Part shown: in pieces, positions 1-13,800 of the stretch
Numbering within the stretch: the stretch's first letter is position 1
How the letters are laid out: each line of letters starts with the position of its first letter
Source of the DNA: Gnetum montanum
Taxonomy: Eukaryota > Plantae > Gnetophyta
NCBI GenBank assembly: GCA_015680685.1
Contig: MNCI01002118.1
Location: forward strand, 471,042-535,041
Length of the DNA stretch: 64,000 nt
Reading direction: 5' to 3'
Position numbers and translations under genes: made by a program
Notes under the pieces: generated by a model
The model's database searches: none
What the model was told of the DNA's origin: nothing
The model's input: the letters and a program-made list of their open reading frames with translations, nothing else

Positions 1-480
1 GTCGTATTGAATTTGGTTTTAATGATCTATACCATACTTTTGCTTGGTCAACGAGTGTCATAGGAAAGAGCTTCAATTTTTTCCAACTGTTATCAATGTC
101 ATTCCATGTGTAGGCATCATAGAAGGCTAGTAAATGTTGATGCGGATCTAAGTCATAGCCTCCTGAAAATTTAGGAAAATTGTTTAAATCGAGCCTGGGC
201 AGTCGGCTCTCTTTACGATGCCTTCGTGAGATTCGAACAACCTCTTGTATTTGCATTAAGCTTGTAGTGGCCAGTGGGGGTTCATCGTCATCAAGTAAGT
301 TAGGCTTTCGTGTATTATGATGACGTTGTTTTTGTTCATTCTTATAGGAAACTGCCACTTCAGGTTGTCTACTCCAATCTTCATCGTCATATAGTTCGTT
401 GGTTCTCCAATGAACTTCCTCACTAAGTGTGACGTTATTATCATCTTGTAGGAGAGGCATTGTTGTGTGTGAATTTATGT
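1..480 (-). mobile_element. Gypsy (Athila-like) gag fragment, continuing beyond the window edge
   Basis: Minus-strand translation of 1-256 reads ...FPKFSGGYDLDPHQHLLAFYDAY...KLKLFPMTLVDQAKVWYRSLKPNSI, a Retrotrans_gag-type motif. It lies downstream of the LTR at 811-1335. Confidence 0.8.
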
Positions 481-810
481 GANNNNNNNNNNNNNNNNNN
501 NNNNNNNNNNNNNNNNNNNNNNNNNNNNNNNNNNNNNNNNNNNNNNNNNNNNNNNNNNNNNNNNNNNNNNNNNNNNNNNNNNNNNNNNNNNNNNNNNNNN
601 NNNNNNNNNNNNNNNNNNNNNNNNNNNNNNNNNNNNNNNNNNNNNNNNNNNNNNNNNNNNNNNNNNNNNNNNNNNNNNNNNNNNNNNNNNNNNNNNNNNN
701 NNNNNNNNNNNNNNNNNNNNNNNNNNNNNNNNNNNNNNNNNNNNNNNNNNNNNNNNNNNNNNNNNNNNNNNNNNNNNNNNNNNNNNNNNNNNNNNNNNNN
801 NNNNNNNNNN

Positions 811-1335
811 GTACTCATTCCACTTCTAGGAGTTTTAGGGTGAGAAACTACTCGCGATGTGTAACCAATTCCTTAACTAGTCGTACACACCCGTAGATGC
901 TTGTAGTTAAGTCGTACTCACACCGCGCTATGAAAGCAATAAACAACATTAAATAAATAACAATAAATAAACTAAGTGAATGCTGCAATGATGAAGTAAT
1001 CTCAATCTTTATTGCCGGTCATGTGTGTGTCCAAGTACGGCACACTCGAATAAAGACACCGTACAATTACATTCACCACACTGCGGGCAGACACGGGAAA
1101 ATTCTAACTCTGGAGGGATCAAACTACCAGAGCTTCGCTACACTAAAACTGGGATCCCCAAACAAGGGAGAGCCGCCTCTTATTTATAGACATGGCGGCA
1201 GACTGCGATATCGCGTACGCGATATCGTAGGGAAGGATGCGATATCGCGTACGCAATATCGTGGGGGATGTGATATCGCGTCGGCTGCGATATCGCGTAC
1301 GTGATATCGCGGCTGACTCAAACCGCGTCTCATCA
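811..1335 (-). repeat. 5' LTR (partial; remainder in N gap), same family as the solo LTR at 20617-21640
   Basis: Reverse complement begins TGATGAG and contains GATATC repeats, ctataaataagaggcggctctcccttg and aataaagattgagattacttcatcattgcagcattcac, all shared with 20617-21640. Confidence 0.85.
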
Positions 1336-1439
1336 GAAATAATTTATATTTTTGTAAAAATTGTGGTCATAAATAAGATTACTATTATCCTCACATAGAA
1401 AAAAATAACATAAATACTTGGTCTTATCAAAATGAATCT

Positions 1440-4400
1440 AGTGAGTGTATCTTGAAGGGTGCAACAACTTGGAAAATGAATGACCAAAATGTTGGAGAAA
1501 CTTCCAAAGTATTGAATGAATTCAAGCTAATAACTATTAGAAATTATGGATCCTCCTATCTTGAGAAACATGAATTTGACCAAGAAGGAATTCTATACAA
1601 GGATGAGGACAATAACAAAAGAGCTAATGAAAGAAATTTAAATGGTGAGGATGTACTCTATGATAGGGGGCATCTTCTCAAACTCCATTAGTTATTCTCA
1701 TATTAGAAAGCAAGGTAATTCATGGTAAGTCTTTAGTTCCTTGCTTGCTAGACTTAGTATAGACTAGTTTTTGAAATTCTTGTTGATAAATCTTTATACA
1801 TATGTTTTATGAACTCTTTAGCCATCAAAGGAAATATATTTTGATCATCTAAGGTGTTATTCTATAGAAAAAGGTTTCAAAGAAAGATCAAGTTAGTCTA
1901 ACTATATTATCATATGATTTATTAATATGTTTACAAGTTCACATTGTTTAAAAAGCCTCATAAAATGACTAAAAAAAGAATTAAATATTGTTATGATTTA
2001 TGCCTTCTGATTTTCTTTATTATAAGCATTAATGTTTTTGCATTTTTATAAATATTGCTAGTTCACTCTATATTCTTTGAAAATCAAGGTTATAATCAAC
2101 TAGCATGCAGATACTAAAAGGGTTAAAGAGGAGATTGGCACTCTCCTTACAATTGATGGATTAAGAAGCTAAGGCACATATGTAGGGGAGGCTTGCACCT
2201 CATAAACTATTTTAGAGCATTAATTTAAGGGGAATATATGGAGACTTTCTCCAAGACATGATACTTAGTAACCAAGCTCTAGTAGGTAACAAAAGATATA
2301 TTCATTCGGTAAAATCCTGAGGGTAAAAGAACAACTTCCTAATAATCTTTTACCTAAAAGTAACATTCAACTGTGCAAGCTTCTGGAATTTATTTGATAT
2401 ATTACTATGTTAAGATATTGATGTTTCATCTCTTATATACTAAAAATATATTTTTTTAAGTACTTAAGTTCCTCATTATCAATATGAGTTGAAAAGTACT
2501 TACCTAAGAGATCCCAAGCAATACAAAAGTATACTAGAGTAAGAAAAGGTACTCACACTTTTCTTTGATAAAGCTTCTTAGAGAATTTTGAAAATCAATT
2601 GATGAGATATTTTAAGCTCCCTTGAGATATACTTAGCTACTATTTTATGAACATCTTGATTAGGAGTTGCTTTTTTTCATTTCTTGACTTGTCTTTGAAA
2701 TTTGATCTATTTCTTAAAAGTTAGGTGTGCATATATTTACTCTTAACATTAATATGTCTATTTTTAAAATATGAAAATGTGATAAGAAAAACTAATGAGA
2801 TTTTGCTTAGATAAATATTTTATAATGCATCTTGATGTTTATCTTTAATAGTCTTTTGATTTGTATTATTTTTGATTTTTTTGACTGTTTATGTTATGTC
2901 CAAAGTCGCTTTTTTGATGATGTCCAAAATGGGGGAGAAGTTTGTGACTTGTGATATGGTGGTTGGGACATGGACATTGAATGATAATAATGACTTATGG
3001 ATATATTGAACAATTATGGCTTTATGACTATATTGAATGATAATAATGACTTATGGATATATTGAACAATTATGAGTTTATGACTATATTGATGCTTATT
3101 GATGCTTTGTGTATAGTAAATGGTATAGAGACAAGATAATCAATCTTCATTACTCAGACTTTGATCATAAATGGCTGTATTCAAAAATCACAAGGCCTTA
3201 CTTATGTCTTCTTATGTTTGATGGATTTATGTTGTCTTAAGGATGCATATTCACATAGTCATTCATCTCTTATCATCCTTAGCTCAATCATTTGTTTTGA
3301 ATATACTAATCCATTTTCTTAAAGTTTTGGATATCACCAAAAAGGGAAAGATTGTTGATCTTTTAGTATGTCAAAACATTAAGGAAAATGGAGAATGTAG
3401 AATGTATGTGTGTGATTGATTTTGCAAAATAAGAACTTCACAAAAGAGATCTAAGAATTCAAGGAAATTAGATCTATGTTAAGATGTCAAAATGAAGACT
3501 ACATGGACTAGATAAAAGCATGGATAAAAATGGAGTTTACAAGACAAACTAAGATTTTCTGACTGCCAAGATGTCAAATTGACAAGAGAATGTCTCAAAC
3601 TCTAAAATGCAAAATTGGAGTAAACATCTTAAAAATAAACAAGCATCTATTTCATATAGTAGACATCTACGGGAAAATGTTTTACTTTTCAGGTAAACAT
3701 CACTCCTGCATTGAGGGCTATCTCAAATAGACATTTAAACTTTGAAATAGATGTCTATGCTAGCTATTTGGTATCCATTGCATGAATTCCAAGAAATTTT
3801 TAAAAACTTAGAGGCTATAAGACAATGTCAAAATCTTGAGAATTGTGCAAGCATTATTCATGAAAAGACTTATCATTAGCTACTCAAAGTGAATTTTTTG
3901 TTGTTTTTTAATGTAATATCATTTGCTTGATTCTGATTGTATTGAGCTTCAAGTACAAGGATCTATAAATTTAGTTACACTCTTTCCTTATTCTTTTCTT
4001 TTTTTCTTGTAGCCCTATGGGGTTGATGTGCTTCTTGCGAGAAGACGTCCTTGTTGAACTTGTCAAGATCCTGTGGGATTCAATGATTTTGCAACATTAG
4101 AACACTTTGTTACAAATCTTAATTTTGTAAAGATTGTGGGATCCTCTAAACCCATTTTGAGCTTTTTGGGACCTTATAGGATTGAGTGGTTTCATAGCAA
4201 CAAAACACTTTGGAGAAAAGCTTAAAGCTTGTTCAGGGTGTGGTGCCCTTCAAACCACATTTTAAACAAACAAAGTTTGGAGATGTGCATGGATTCTACC
4301 CTCTAAGTGTGGATGTACCCAAGTTGGGGAAACACGTAAAATTGATGGATTTTTGTGGCTGGGGTAATTTTATTTGGGGAAATTATTCAACCCCCTTTCT
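1440..4400 (+). mobile_element. Heavily decayed Copia (Sirevirus-like) pol 3' end, PPTs and LTR remnant
   Basis: Broken RT/RNaseH-like residues at 1840-2630 (FDHLRCYSIEKGF; a decayed NQLADIFTKPL-like stretch). PPT-like motifs ccaaaatgggggagaag (~2925) and ccaaaaagggaaagattgttg (~3340) precede an LTR-like stretch. Confidence 0.5.
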
Positions 4401-6299
4401 ACGTTCTCAATCCTCAAAAGTTGTGTTCATGAAAGATGGCTTGGAAAGAAAAATTAGAATGTTAAAGCATTAATTCCAAGAATGGAAAAGAATGAGCCAA
4501 GAAAAGAAAAAGTAGGTACTTTACCTTTTCTAGTAGGTGCAAAGATTAGAGAATGAAATTTAAATCATGACCCAATTTCAAGACAAGTACCTTTGCATGA
4601 AAAAGGAGTGCAAGAACTTGCAACAAGAGTTGATAAACAAGGCTACTAGGAAAATTAATGAGCTCAAAAAGATCTATCTAATCAAGGAGGCAACCTAGGA
4701 TGTTAAGGTTTGTAGATTACACAAACTTCTAGGGAGAGGCATCAAGTGAAGAATAATTTCAACACCTTTCATGCTAGACTCTAACAAATGGTACAATTTA
4801 ACCAATGCTACAAGAGAAAATGGACCTTTTGGAAAAAAAAAAGGTACATTCTCTGCCATGAAGTAGCTATCATTTTCCTTAAAATGAGACTTAAGAAGGC
4901 TAAAGAATATGTGCAGGAAGAATAGAAAAGGTATCTCTCTATATGGTTCAAGCTTGTATAGGTTAACATGTACTAAGCTAGAAGAGAAACTTCATCAAGT
5001 AGTAGTCAAGTTAGATGTAGCTCAATGTGAGCTCTTGTAAGCAAAAAGGAGTCACAAGTAGTTCAAGGCTAATGCTGAGGAATGGCAACAAGAACTTCTA
5101 AGAGAGTAGGGATCGATGCATGAATGGAACCAATAGCTTCATGTGAGAGTGACTAACCTAGAAGCACAACTTCAAAGATTCTATATGCACACACCTAACT
5201 CCTTCAACTTATTTCCTTACCAAGTAGGCATGTCAAGGGGATTCTTCTCACAACCACCAACCCATGGTACTGCTTAATGAGGTGGCTTGTACAATATTGT
5301 AAATTAGTCATGGTCTATACATTTATCTAGTTGTATCCCTTCGCATTAGTCCTATCATGTGTCTACTTCCAGTATGGTATTTTGGGTTTTAAATCTATGG
5401 AACTAACTTTACTAAGTTATGGAGGTATGATGAGTCATCCAATGCATTTATTAGTTAATTATAAGCTCTATATTTGGGATGTGTGTCATGTACTATGTGT
5501 TTGCATCCTAGCCTTTTCACATTTGAAGATTTTGTACATGTTTTGAGCTTCTCAAAATATTTTTAGCTTCATTCAAAGATCCTTGGAAGCTCTTAACATG
5601 TTTCTTAGCATCCCAACTTTCATTTGGGAGAAGTTGGTAAAGTGTGAGGAGAAAACGATGCGCTAGCTTCCCTATGCCAGTGCACTTCTTTCATTAGTGC
5701 AAGGGAACTAATGCACCTTCCTTTGTACTCTAGTTTGCTACTTTTACCTCCTAGCCTCTTCTGGTATGTCCTAGGATGCTTAGGAATTACAAACACTATA
5801 AATACCCAAGATGAGCTTTACATGGGAGGAACTTGATTTTAAAGAATTTTCCTTTTTTTTTTACATATGCTTTCATGTGAAGAGCTCTTCCTCCATAGGA
5901 TAAGTAATTCCTTTTCTATTTTGTATATGTGTTTTGGATCATCACTTTCACAAGTACAGCTAGATTTTATTAAAGTGCTACCTTACTTACATAGCCTAGA
6001 ACCATTTGGTCGATGTGGAGTCCAATATTTCCACATTGAATAAAGCTTATGATTTTCCCTCATTTTTGCACCATTTATGCCTTAAACATTAAAATACTAA
6101 AAATATTATAAACTATTAAAACAACCAAAATATTTATTTATTTCTCATTTTCGTAAGCTGCGATGATTCAACCTTACCTAATGAGGTCACCACTGTACGA
6201 CATGGTATTGGGCCATTGAAGTTGTGACTAAGAGCCATTTTATTCACATTTATATATTTGTATGTGGTGTTGCACCTATCCCCTTAAGGGATTGCAACA
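4400..6299 (+). mobile_element. Decayed LTR-retrotransposon 3' region (coiled-coil-like extra ORF remnant plus LTR)
   Basis: Stop-riddled E/Q/K-rich coding remnant at 4430-5280, purine tract near 5625, TATA (ctataaata ~5796) and terminus ...ggattgcaaca at ~6299. Confidence 0.35.
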
Positions 6300-6589
6300 T
6301 GAGCATTACACCTGTCTAGAGGTTCAATTACAATGCATGTGTATTTATTATTTGTTTTTTATTAAAGATGAAATTCACAAAAATTATAAAACATAAAACT
6401 ATAAATATTTTTCCTTATCTCCCAATGTGGCAACATAGGTTATAACTTTATCATATGTTTTATAGTATCTTTTATATTTCTTGAGTATTATTGGCAATTC
6501 ACTCCATCATGCTTGAAGTTACAACTAGATTACACTACGATTTGTATGATAAATCCCATTGGTCCAAAACTAGCGGGACCCTTATCATT

Positions 6590-7700
6590 TAGAATTTGAC
6601 CTTGTGTGACATTAAAAAATTAATGAAGATCAATATCATATCATTCCTTGTCATGTCATATCTTGTTGTCAAAGTAATGAAAATTATTACAATTATTTTT
6701 CTATTGTTAGAAGTCATTGAAATACTAAGAAAATAAAAAATTGTGGAGAATTTTCAAAACATATCACTGCAAATGATGTACATCAATTGGTATAGATTCT
6801 ATGTTTTTTTTAAATAATCAATCCAAATTAATTCCAATTCATTTGGCTTATATTTGATATAAACCTACAAACCAAGAGCTAAAGAATACAAATCTAATGG
6901 AAATTAAATGAAACTCTGTAGATATGAGACAAAATGAATGAAATCTTAGAGTGAATGGATCTTCAACATATTGAAGACAAATGAACTTCTTAAGATGGAA
7001 ATAATAACTTATAGATCTATTCAAATATTCTTCAATATCAATGATAAATGATTTAGCATTTTAGAGATATTTTAATATGCAATGAAAATAAAACAACATG
7101 ATGATCAAAGCTTTTAAATATGATATCAAATGAAAGCAATCTACCTTTTACTTTTTGAAAGATATATGTTCGTTATCCTTAATGATATTTTGAGCATTAT
7201 TGTAACATTTGAGAGCTATTAGATTGAGGATATTGTGAGAGATTTAGATTTGTAATTATGAAATTAATGTAAGAGGATTTGTAATAGAGTTGTAAGAGAT
7301 TTTATGGAATCTTGGCTTTAAAATGAAATTAAGGTATATTGATAATGGAAGATTTTTGTGAGCTTGCTTAAAAGCTTCTTTGATCAACAATAGATCACTT
7401 CATATGATTTGATAGTAGAGTAAGAGAGGAAAAAGAATAAAATCACATCACTCATGATTACTCACTCTTTAGAACTCCAACTTAATCTTTACATGGATAC
7501 TTATGAGCACTATTTATAGTTTAAGAGAGAGGCTTGGCCTCTTTCTCAAGTGAATTTTATCCCATTCTTTATGTTTTTGACTCACATGAATTTGCTTTTT
7601 CAAGATTTACAATGGAAAATAGTCATGACTTCTAACCACTTAAACATAAAACATGAGAAAAGACAACAATGAAAAAAATTAGCATTGAGCCAAAACCTAA
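6590..7700. repeat. Old dispersed repeat; a second copy is split into 8920-8967 / 20458-20616 / 21641-22580
   Basis: Colinear similarity, e.g. atctaatggaaattaaatgaa...gatatgagacaaaatgaatgaaatcttagagt at ~6895 and ~21765, and cataaaacatgagaaaaga at ~7645 and ~22522. Confidence 0.75.
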
Positions 7701-8967
7701 TAGCCCCTTCTTCAATGTCTAAACTTTGAAAATTTTTTTAACTATAAAATGATGCTTAGACTTCTAATTTAAATCTTTTTCTTTCTTCTTTCTTCTTTCT
7801 TCTTTCTTCTTTCCTTTTTTATTGATGGTTAGAATTTTCTTCATCATGAATTGTCTTCAACATTGAAATTTCTTTGAATTTTCTTGTTGAGATTGATGAT
7901 TCTTTATGATGAATTTTGTATGTTCTTGAGTTTTTAGAGTTGATACTTGATGCTTCTTTGGTCATTTCAAGCTACATGTAAGGTTGAAACTCCTTGAAAT
8001 TTTTGAAACTAAATATTCTTCAAAATTTTTTGAAGATGCAATCTTCTTCAAACATTTGTGATCTTAAAATTTTCATGAAATCTTTTGAGAATATCAACTA
8101 AAATTTTCTTCAAACATTCTTGTGACTTCTTCAAATTATTGTATGGATGAAATTTTCTAAAATCTTCTTGAGATTTTGATGTGGTCTTTGCTTTTTTTTA
8201 AGTGGCTTCCCTTCATGTTGCGATTTTTCATAAGTTTCAATGGCTTATTTTTGTTGCTTTGAATCTCTTAGTGTCATTTTGGCCATCTTTGGGTCTTTCT
8301 TACCTCTATAAGCATTTTTGTGCCTCTTGTCCTTACATGTTGTGCCTCTTTGAATATCATTTCTTACCTCTTTTGGGCCATTACATTATGATAAATGAGA
8401 AATTGTGGATATGTCCTCTTTAAGCACCTATGGAGCACTAGACATAGGAGGCATACAACAAACATTTTCACCATCTTTTGATGTATGGCTTATAACAATT
8501 GATAAAGACAAACTTTTATGACATCTTTCTCAACAAGACTTCTAATATGTTTACATCACTTGGCCATAATAAAATTTGAAATAAGAAAAGAAATTAAGAG
8601 AAAAGGATTATAATACTTCATCTTATCTTTGAAAATACCTCAATACCTCAACTATTTTTGAGAAAAGTCTCATTCATTAATATAAATTTAAAAAACGCCT
8701 CATGACTTCTATGAATGCTTTCTAATAATTCCTTCAAAATTACTTTATCAAATATAAAATATATCATTTTTTATTCTTCTATTTTTATCTTAGAAAATAT
8801 AAAAACTAGATATCAAACCATATTACTCTAATACCACTACCAAAGATGAATGAAAGCATGAAAGATTATTTATTCAAGTTTTCAACATATCATTGAACAT
8901 TGTCAAAATATCTTCATTTCTTTAGAATTTCACCTTGTTGTCTAATGCCATTGAAATCAATGGAGAG

Positions 8968-9879
8968 TGATGAGTCATTGCTAATTGGCTGCATCAACGA
9001 GGCCTCATTGATGAGGCCCCATCAACGCATCTTATCCTACGTCGATGAGGCCCCATCAACGCAATGTCTGTCCGAAGCCTATAAAGATCCGTCTACTAAC
9101 CACATTTATGGCAATCTAGATTTTAGTAGTAGCAAAGCTCTTACATTTTTTCCATTCAAAAGTAAGAATTTTTTCCCCGAGTGCTCGCAACAAGAGTCAT
9201 TGAGTGTACAAATCTTTATTCAAACATTGTTGTACTTGAGAACGACAGTGTGTGCGGCAATAAAGATGAGCTTTTTGATAAACCTTGTAGCACTTTGGAT
9301 AGATTAACTATTTTATTTATGCATTTACTATTTTTATTTATTTATTAAATGTTTTCAATTAACTATCAATTATTTTCCAATTACTATGTTAGATAAGCAA
9401 CCAAGCCAAATATATTACACACATAAGTATGATCGCTTCAAGCATAACACGTATTCACTTGGTAATTCCAACAGCATTATTGCTTGGTACACCCAATAGT
9501 ATAGCGCTTGGTCACCCAGCAGTGGATACGTAGGTTTAGGATGTGTATGGAAAGTGGGATCGGATGCTTATGTTAGGACTAGTTAAATGCTAGTTAATTA
9601 GTAAATTTAGATTAGTTAATCAAACTCCTTTTTATCTACAATTCAAGCACCCAACTATAAAACATAAAAATGATAGAAATTGAATGTCTTAGTTACACTT
9701 AACCATACCAACAAATGTCACAAGTGTAATTGGGAATACAATGATTAACCTTAAGGCTAGATTCACTTCCTAAAGGGCTAGTGCACTGAAAATGATAAAG
9801 TCCATGGAATTCGACCAAATCAAGCATGAATGCTTTGATATGTGTATGGTTGGACGTAGGGGTACCTCGTCACTCATCA
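8968..9879 (+). repeat. 5' LTR of the Athila-like element
   Basis: TG...CA termini; colinear with 19561-20457; TATA (cctataaag ~9078). Confidence 0.92.
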
Positions 9880-9880
9880 T

Positions 9881-9899
9881 TGGTATCATTTTCGGGGAC
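9881..9899 (+). other. Primer binding site, probably a decayed tRNA-Asp type
   Basis: tggtatcattttcggggac immediately after the LTR; mostly explained as a deaminated form of the Athila PBS TGGCGCCGTTGCCGGGGA. Confidence 0.6.
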
Positions 9900-10899
9900 T
9901 TTGTTTGTGGAACATGTGCGATTTAGGCTTAGGTGAATACCATTACTATCGTTGTACGAACCTCAAGGTCAATATCATTTCCACTATACATAAAAATTAT
10001 AAAAGCACACTGACAATTTCCTTTTGTTTTGCAAAATGTCTTCTTCTTCTCGCAAGCCTAAAAATACCAAACCACCAGTCCCACAAGAATGCAAGGTGGT
10101 ATACACTCATCTAAATGAGTTTGTGCCAAATTTCACCTTCATCCTACATCAAGATGAATAGATGTGATGACCTGATATGGAGGGCAACGTCATCTTGCCC
10201 CCGATCAATCTATGCCCAAGATGCTATTCAAAACCCTTAAGAAGTTGGACATAGCAGATCTTCACGAAGAATACGTTGTGAATGGATACGACACTTGAAA
10301 CTACTATCCCACTAAAACACAACGTAAATGAGATCAATGTCAAGAGAAACTCCATGAAGCTACAAAGGCAAAACATTACACTAACCCCTTGTTCCTATTA
10401 GATCAAGAGGACAATGAGGATCCTCCCTTGGAAGATTCTCAACATGAAGATTCTCCACCCCCTGCTACTGATGGTAAGGGTGTGAACCTAACCTTGCGAT
10501 CAACTATTCATAAATTGGGTTCAAGAAAAAGTGATAGACAAGGTAGGAACTCAGACAAGCACCACAATAGTAAGGGATCTAAGGATGGTGATCGTAATAA
10601 GTGTAAGAGTGATGGTGGATACCATAGTAGTGATGGTGGTCCACCTTTCTCTTCATCCTCTTCATCTGATTCTAAACATTCCTCTTCATCTCATGGTTCT
10701 CATGGAAGCCACCATCAGAACAACCATCATGAAGGTGATCAACGAAATTACAATGACTGTGAAGGCAACCAAAATTGAAGGGTAGCCAAAACCATCATTG
10801 ATGTCATCAATACAATGATGATGATGAACCCTTATTGGTGACTCAAAGTATGCTCAACATTGCAAAGGCACTTAAAATCCTGACTAGGCATATGAAGGA

Positions 10900-13800
10900 T
10901 AGTTGGGTCAAGCACCTATAAATGAAAAATATCCCAATATTTGAGGGGAGATAAAATTCTAATCCACAAACACATCTACAAGCTTTTCAAGATGCTTGTG
11001 CCTTATAGAACATAGAGAAAAAGTGGCAAAAACTTAAGCTTTTCCCAAGGACACTCATTACTGAAGCTAAAAGTTGGTACTGATGCTTAGAGCTAGAATC
11101 TATTCATAGATGGAGTACCATGTTAGAACTATTCAATGAAAAACACTAGACATGCTCCAAAGTGTCTAATCTAAGAAGGCAAATACAAAGCTAGAAAAAA
11201 GGGGCACATGAACCCTTGGATGCCACCATGGACCAATACTATTCACTCCTACACCAATTTCCTAGCCATGGTTACTCTCAAAGGGAACAACTTCACCACA
11301 TCATAGATGGGCTTAGAGTAGAAACAAGAAGAAGCCTTGAGGTGTATGCCCAAGGAAGGTTGTCTAAAATGAGAGCTCATCAAATCCAAAGGTTAAGTAA
11401 GTAGGTAGCAAAAGAAGAAGGTGAGCTACAAAAAAAGGAAAGTGCTAAAGAGCGTAACAGGGATCCTTCCATTAGAAAATAAGAGGTCTGATTCTGTGAT
11501 GAGGAAGAGTCACCACTTGATGAAGTGATGAACAAAAAGATATTGCCCATCCAGAAATCTATTTTTGATATTTTGACCAAGGTTGACAAGTTATGGAACT
11601 CTTTGGATGAAAAAATTTCAAACTACTTTGAAAAATGCTAAAGAATCCAAAGAGCAAAATAGTGATCATAATCATAGGAGGTGAAAAGAAGCAGAACATG
11701 CCTACCAAAGAGGTAAGGGCAAAGCTGCTATAGTAGAGGAAGTTGTGAAGTCTAACTCTTATTATGAAACTAAATGTAACATGTGCCAATACAAACATCC
11801 AAAGGGATGTTACCCTATGGTGTCACACTTACAAGAGTCTGTGGTGTCACACTTACAAGAGTTTGGAGTGTACACATTGAATCCTCGCCTAGCATGTAGG
11901 CAAGCTTCAAGACGATAACCTTATCCTCAAGGCAGTTCAAGGTAGTTCCACCAATAGCAACAAACTTACTACCCAAGTGGAACTCTTTCACAACTGTATA
12001 AATAAAACCAACAATGGTACCAACCACAATCATGGGGAATGCCACTGCCAAGGTAGCAATACCCTTATAGGCAACCAAATCCATACGGGTACTATGTTTA
12101 GCAACCTGTCTCCCCTAGAACACATTCCAACATAGTACCCTTATAGGCATCATTCCAACATCACTATTACCCTCCAAAGTACCACTAAATACATTCACCA
12201 TCTACTTGAGGGAAAAACCCATATCTGTATTCTTATTATCCTCCCCATCCCTCTGCACCTACAATTACCTCCTGCTCTATCTATGCAAGGTGAGATTCCT
12301 TCACAATCGCAACAATGAAATGCTACAAGCGATGTACACTCACAACCAATTTTTCAACCAAGTGATCTAGATAATCAATCAAGGAAATAACCTTTCTTTC
12401 AGCCCAACAATCCTTTCCAACCCTTATAACCTACTCTAGTTGATCACCCTGCATCTCTAGCACCCTCATCCTCTACATCAAATACCTTCGAGTGCCCTTC
12501 AAACCAAGTGCCACCTAGGATCTGCACTGTAATGCTAACTTATACTATTTCTAACTAGATTAAGGCTAGTAATCTTCCTACAAAAAGATCTAATCCATGA
12601 AGTCCACTTATCTATCTACAAATTGCTAGACAAGAGCCATGCAAGGCTCTTCTTGATTCTAGTTCCAGAGTCAACCTCATCTCCCATGATATGTACAAAT
12701 CCTGGAACCTACCACCTCTTAAGGAGAGAAACATCCATCTAGAATTAACAGATCAGTTAATTATTGTCCCTTTGGGATTAGTATAAAACATTGTAACCAA
12801 AATTTATGGGTGATTCTATCCTATTGATTTTCTACTAATCAAGATGGACAATTGCAAAAGTGACTTCCCCATCATTATGCGAAGGGCTTGGTTAAGCATG
12901 ATCAATGTGCAAATGGATATAAGGGACCTATCTCTAGAAATATCCAAGGAAAATGAGCTAGGAAAAATTGAGAAGAAGGATATTCCATGTATCACGTACA
13001 ACAATAATGGATAAAATTGCATGCAAAAGATTTGGTCCATCAAGAGAACATATATTAAGACATGCAATCAATGTGCACAACAAATTAACATTCAAAGGAG
13101 TTTGTACACAGTAGCCATAAAGCAGGAGGACACCCTGTGGCTAATAGTTGATTCATATAGTAGCACAATATGCATGGAACTAGCTGAGAACCTAACATGT
13201 GCATATGTTGAAGGCAACATTTAAGGATCACTTTTCTTTGTCATTTGTGGATCAAGTATTAAACACCATATCTAGGCATTGTTATTATAGTTTCTTGGAT
13301 GGTTATAGTGGCTATAACCAAATCCAAATTACACCCACAGATCAGGCCAAGACAACATTCATGAGTCCTTGGGGGACTTTTGCATATTGTAAGATGTCAT
13401 TCAGTCTATGGAATGCCCTTGCAAATTTCAATGCTTGGTCCTTATTATCTTTCAACAGCAAATCAGTAGTGGTGTCGAAGTCTTCATGGATGATTTTTCC
13501 ACCTATGGAGCTACCTTTGAGCAAGCCTTGGATCAACTTGAGCACGTATTGAAGAGATGTGTAGAGACAAATCTATGGCTCAACTAGCAAAAGAGCCATC
13601 TTATGGTCCAAGAAGGCATTATTATAGGGCACCAATTTTCACAAACAAGGATTGAGGTAGACCCAAAAAAGATAAGGGTCATTCAAGGAATAACATGTCA
13701 ACCAAAGATCGTTAAAGATGTTTGATCATTCCTTGAACACATTGGTTTTTACTAGTGATTTATTGAGAATTTCTCTAAGATTACAAAGTCATTGGTAGAA

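Noticed and set aside
441-843. ORFs consisting mostly of X (also at 27.3-27.8, 40.3-42.6 and 53.0-53.5 kb)
   Set aside because: Artefacts of N gaps.
9881-9888. TGGTATCA as a tRNA-Met PBS
   Set aside because: The following bases (ttttcgggga) do not fit GAGC; a decayed Athila-type PBS fits better.
10389-10785. Ser/His/Asp-rich ORF as a host gene
   Set aside because: Low-complexity segment inside the Athila-like element, upstream of the gag core.
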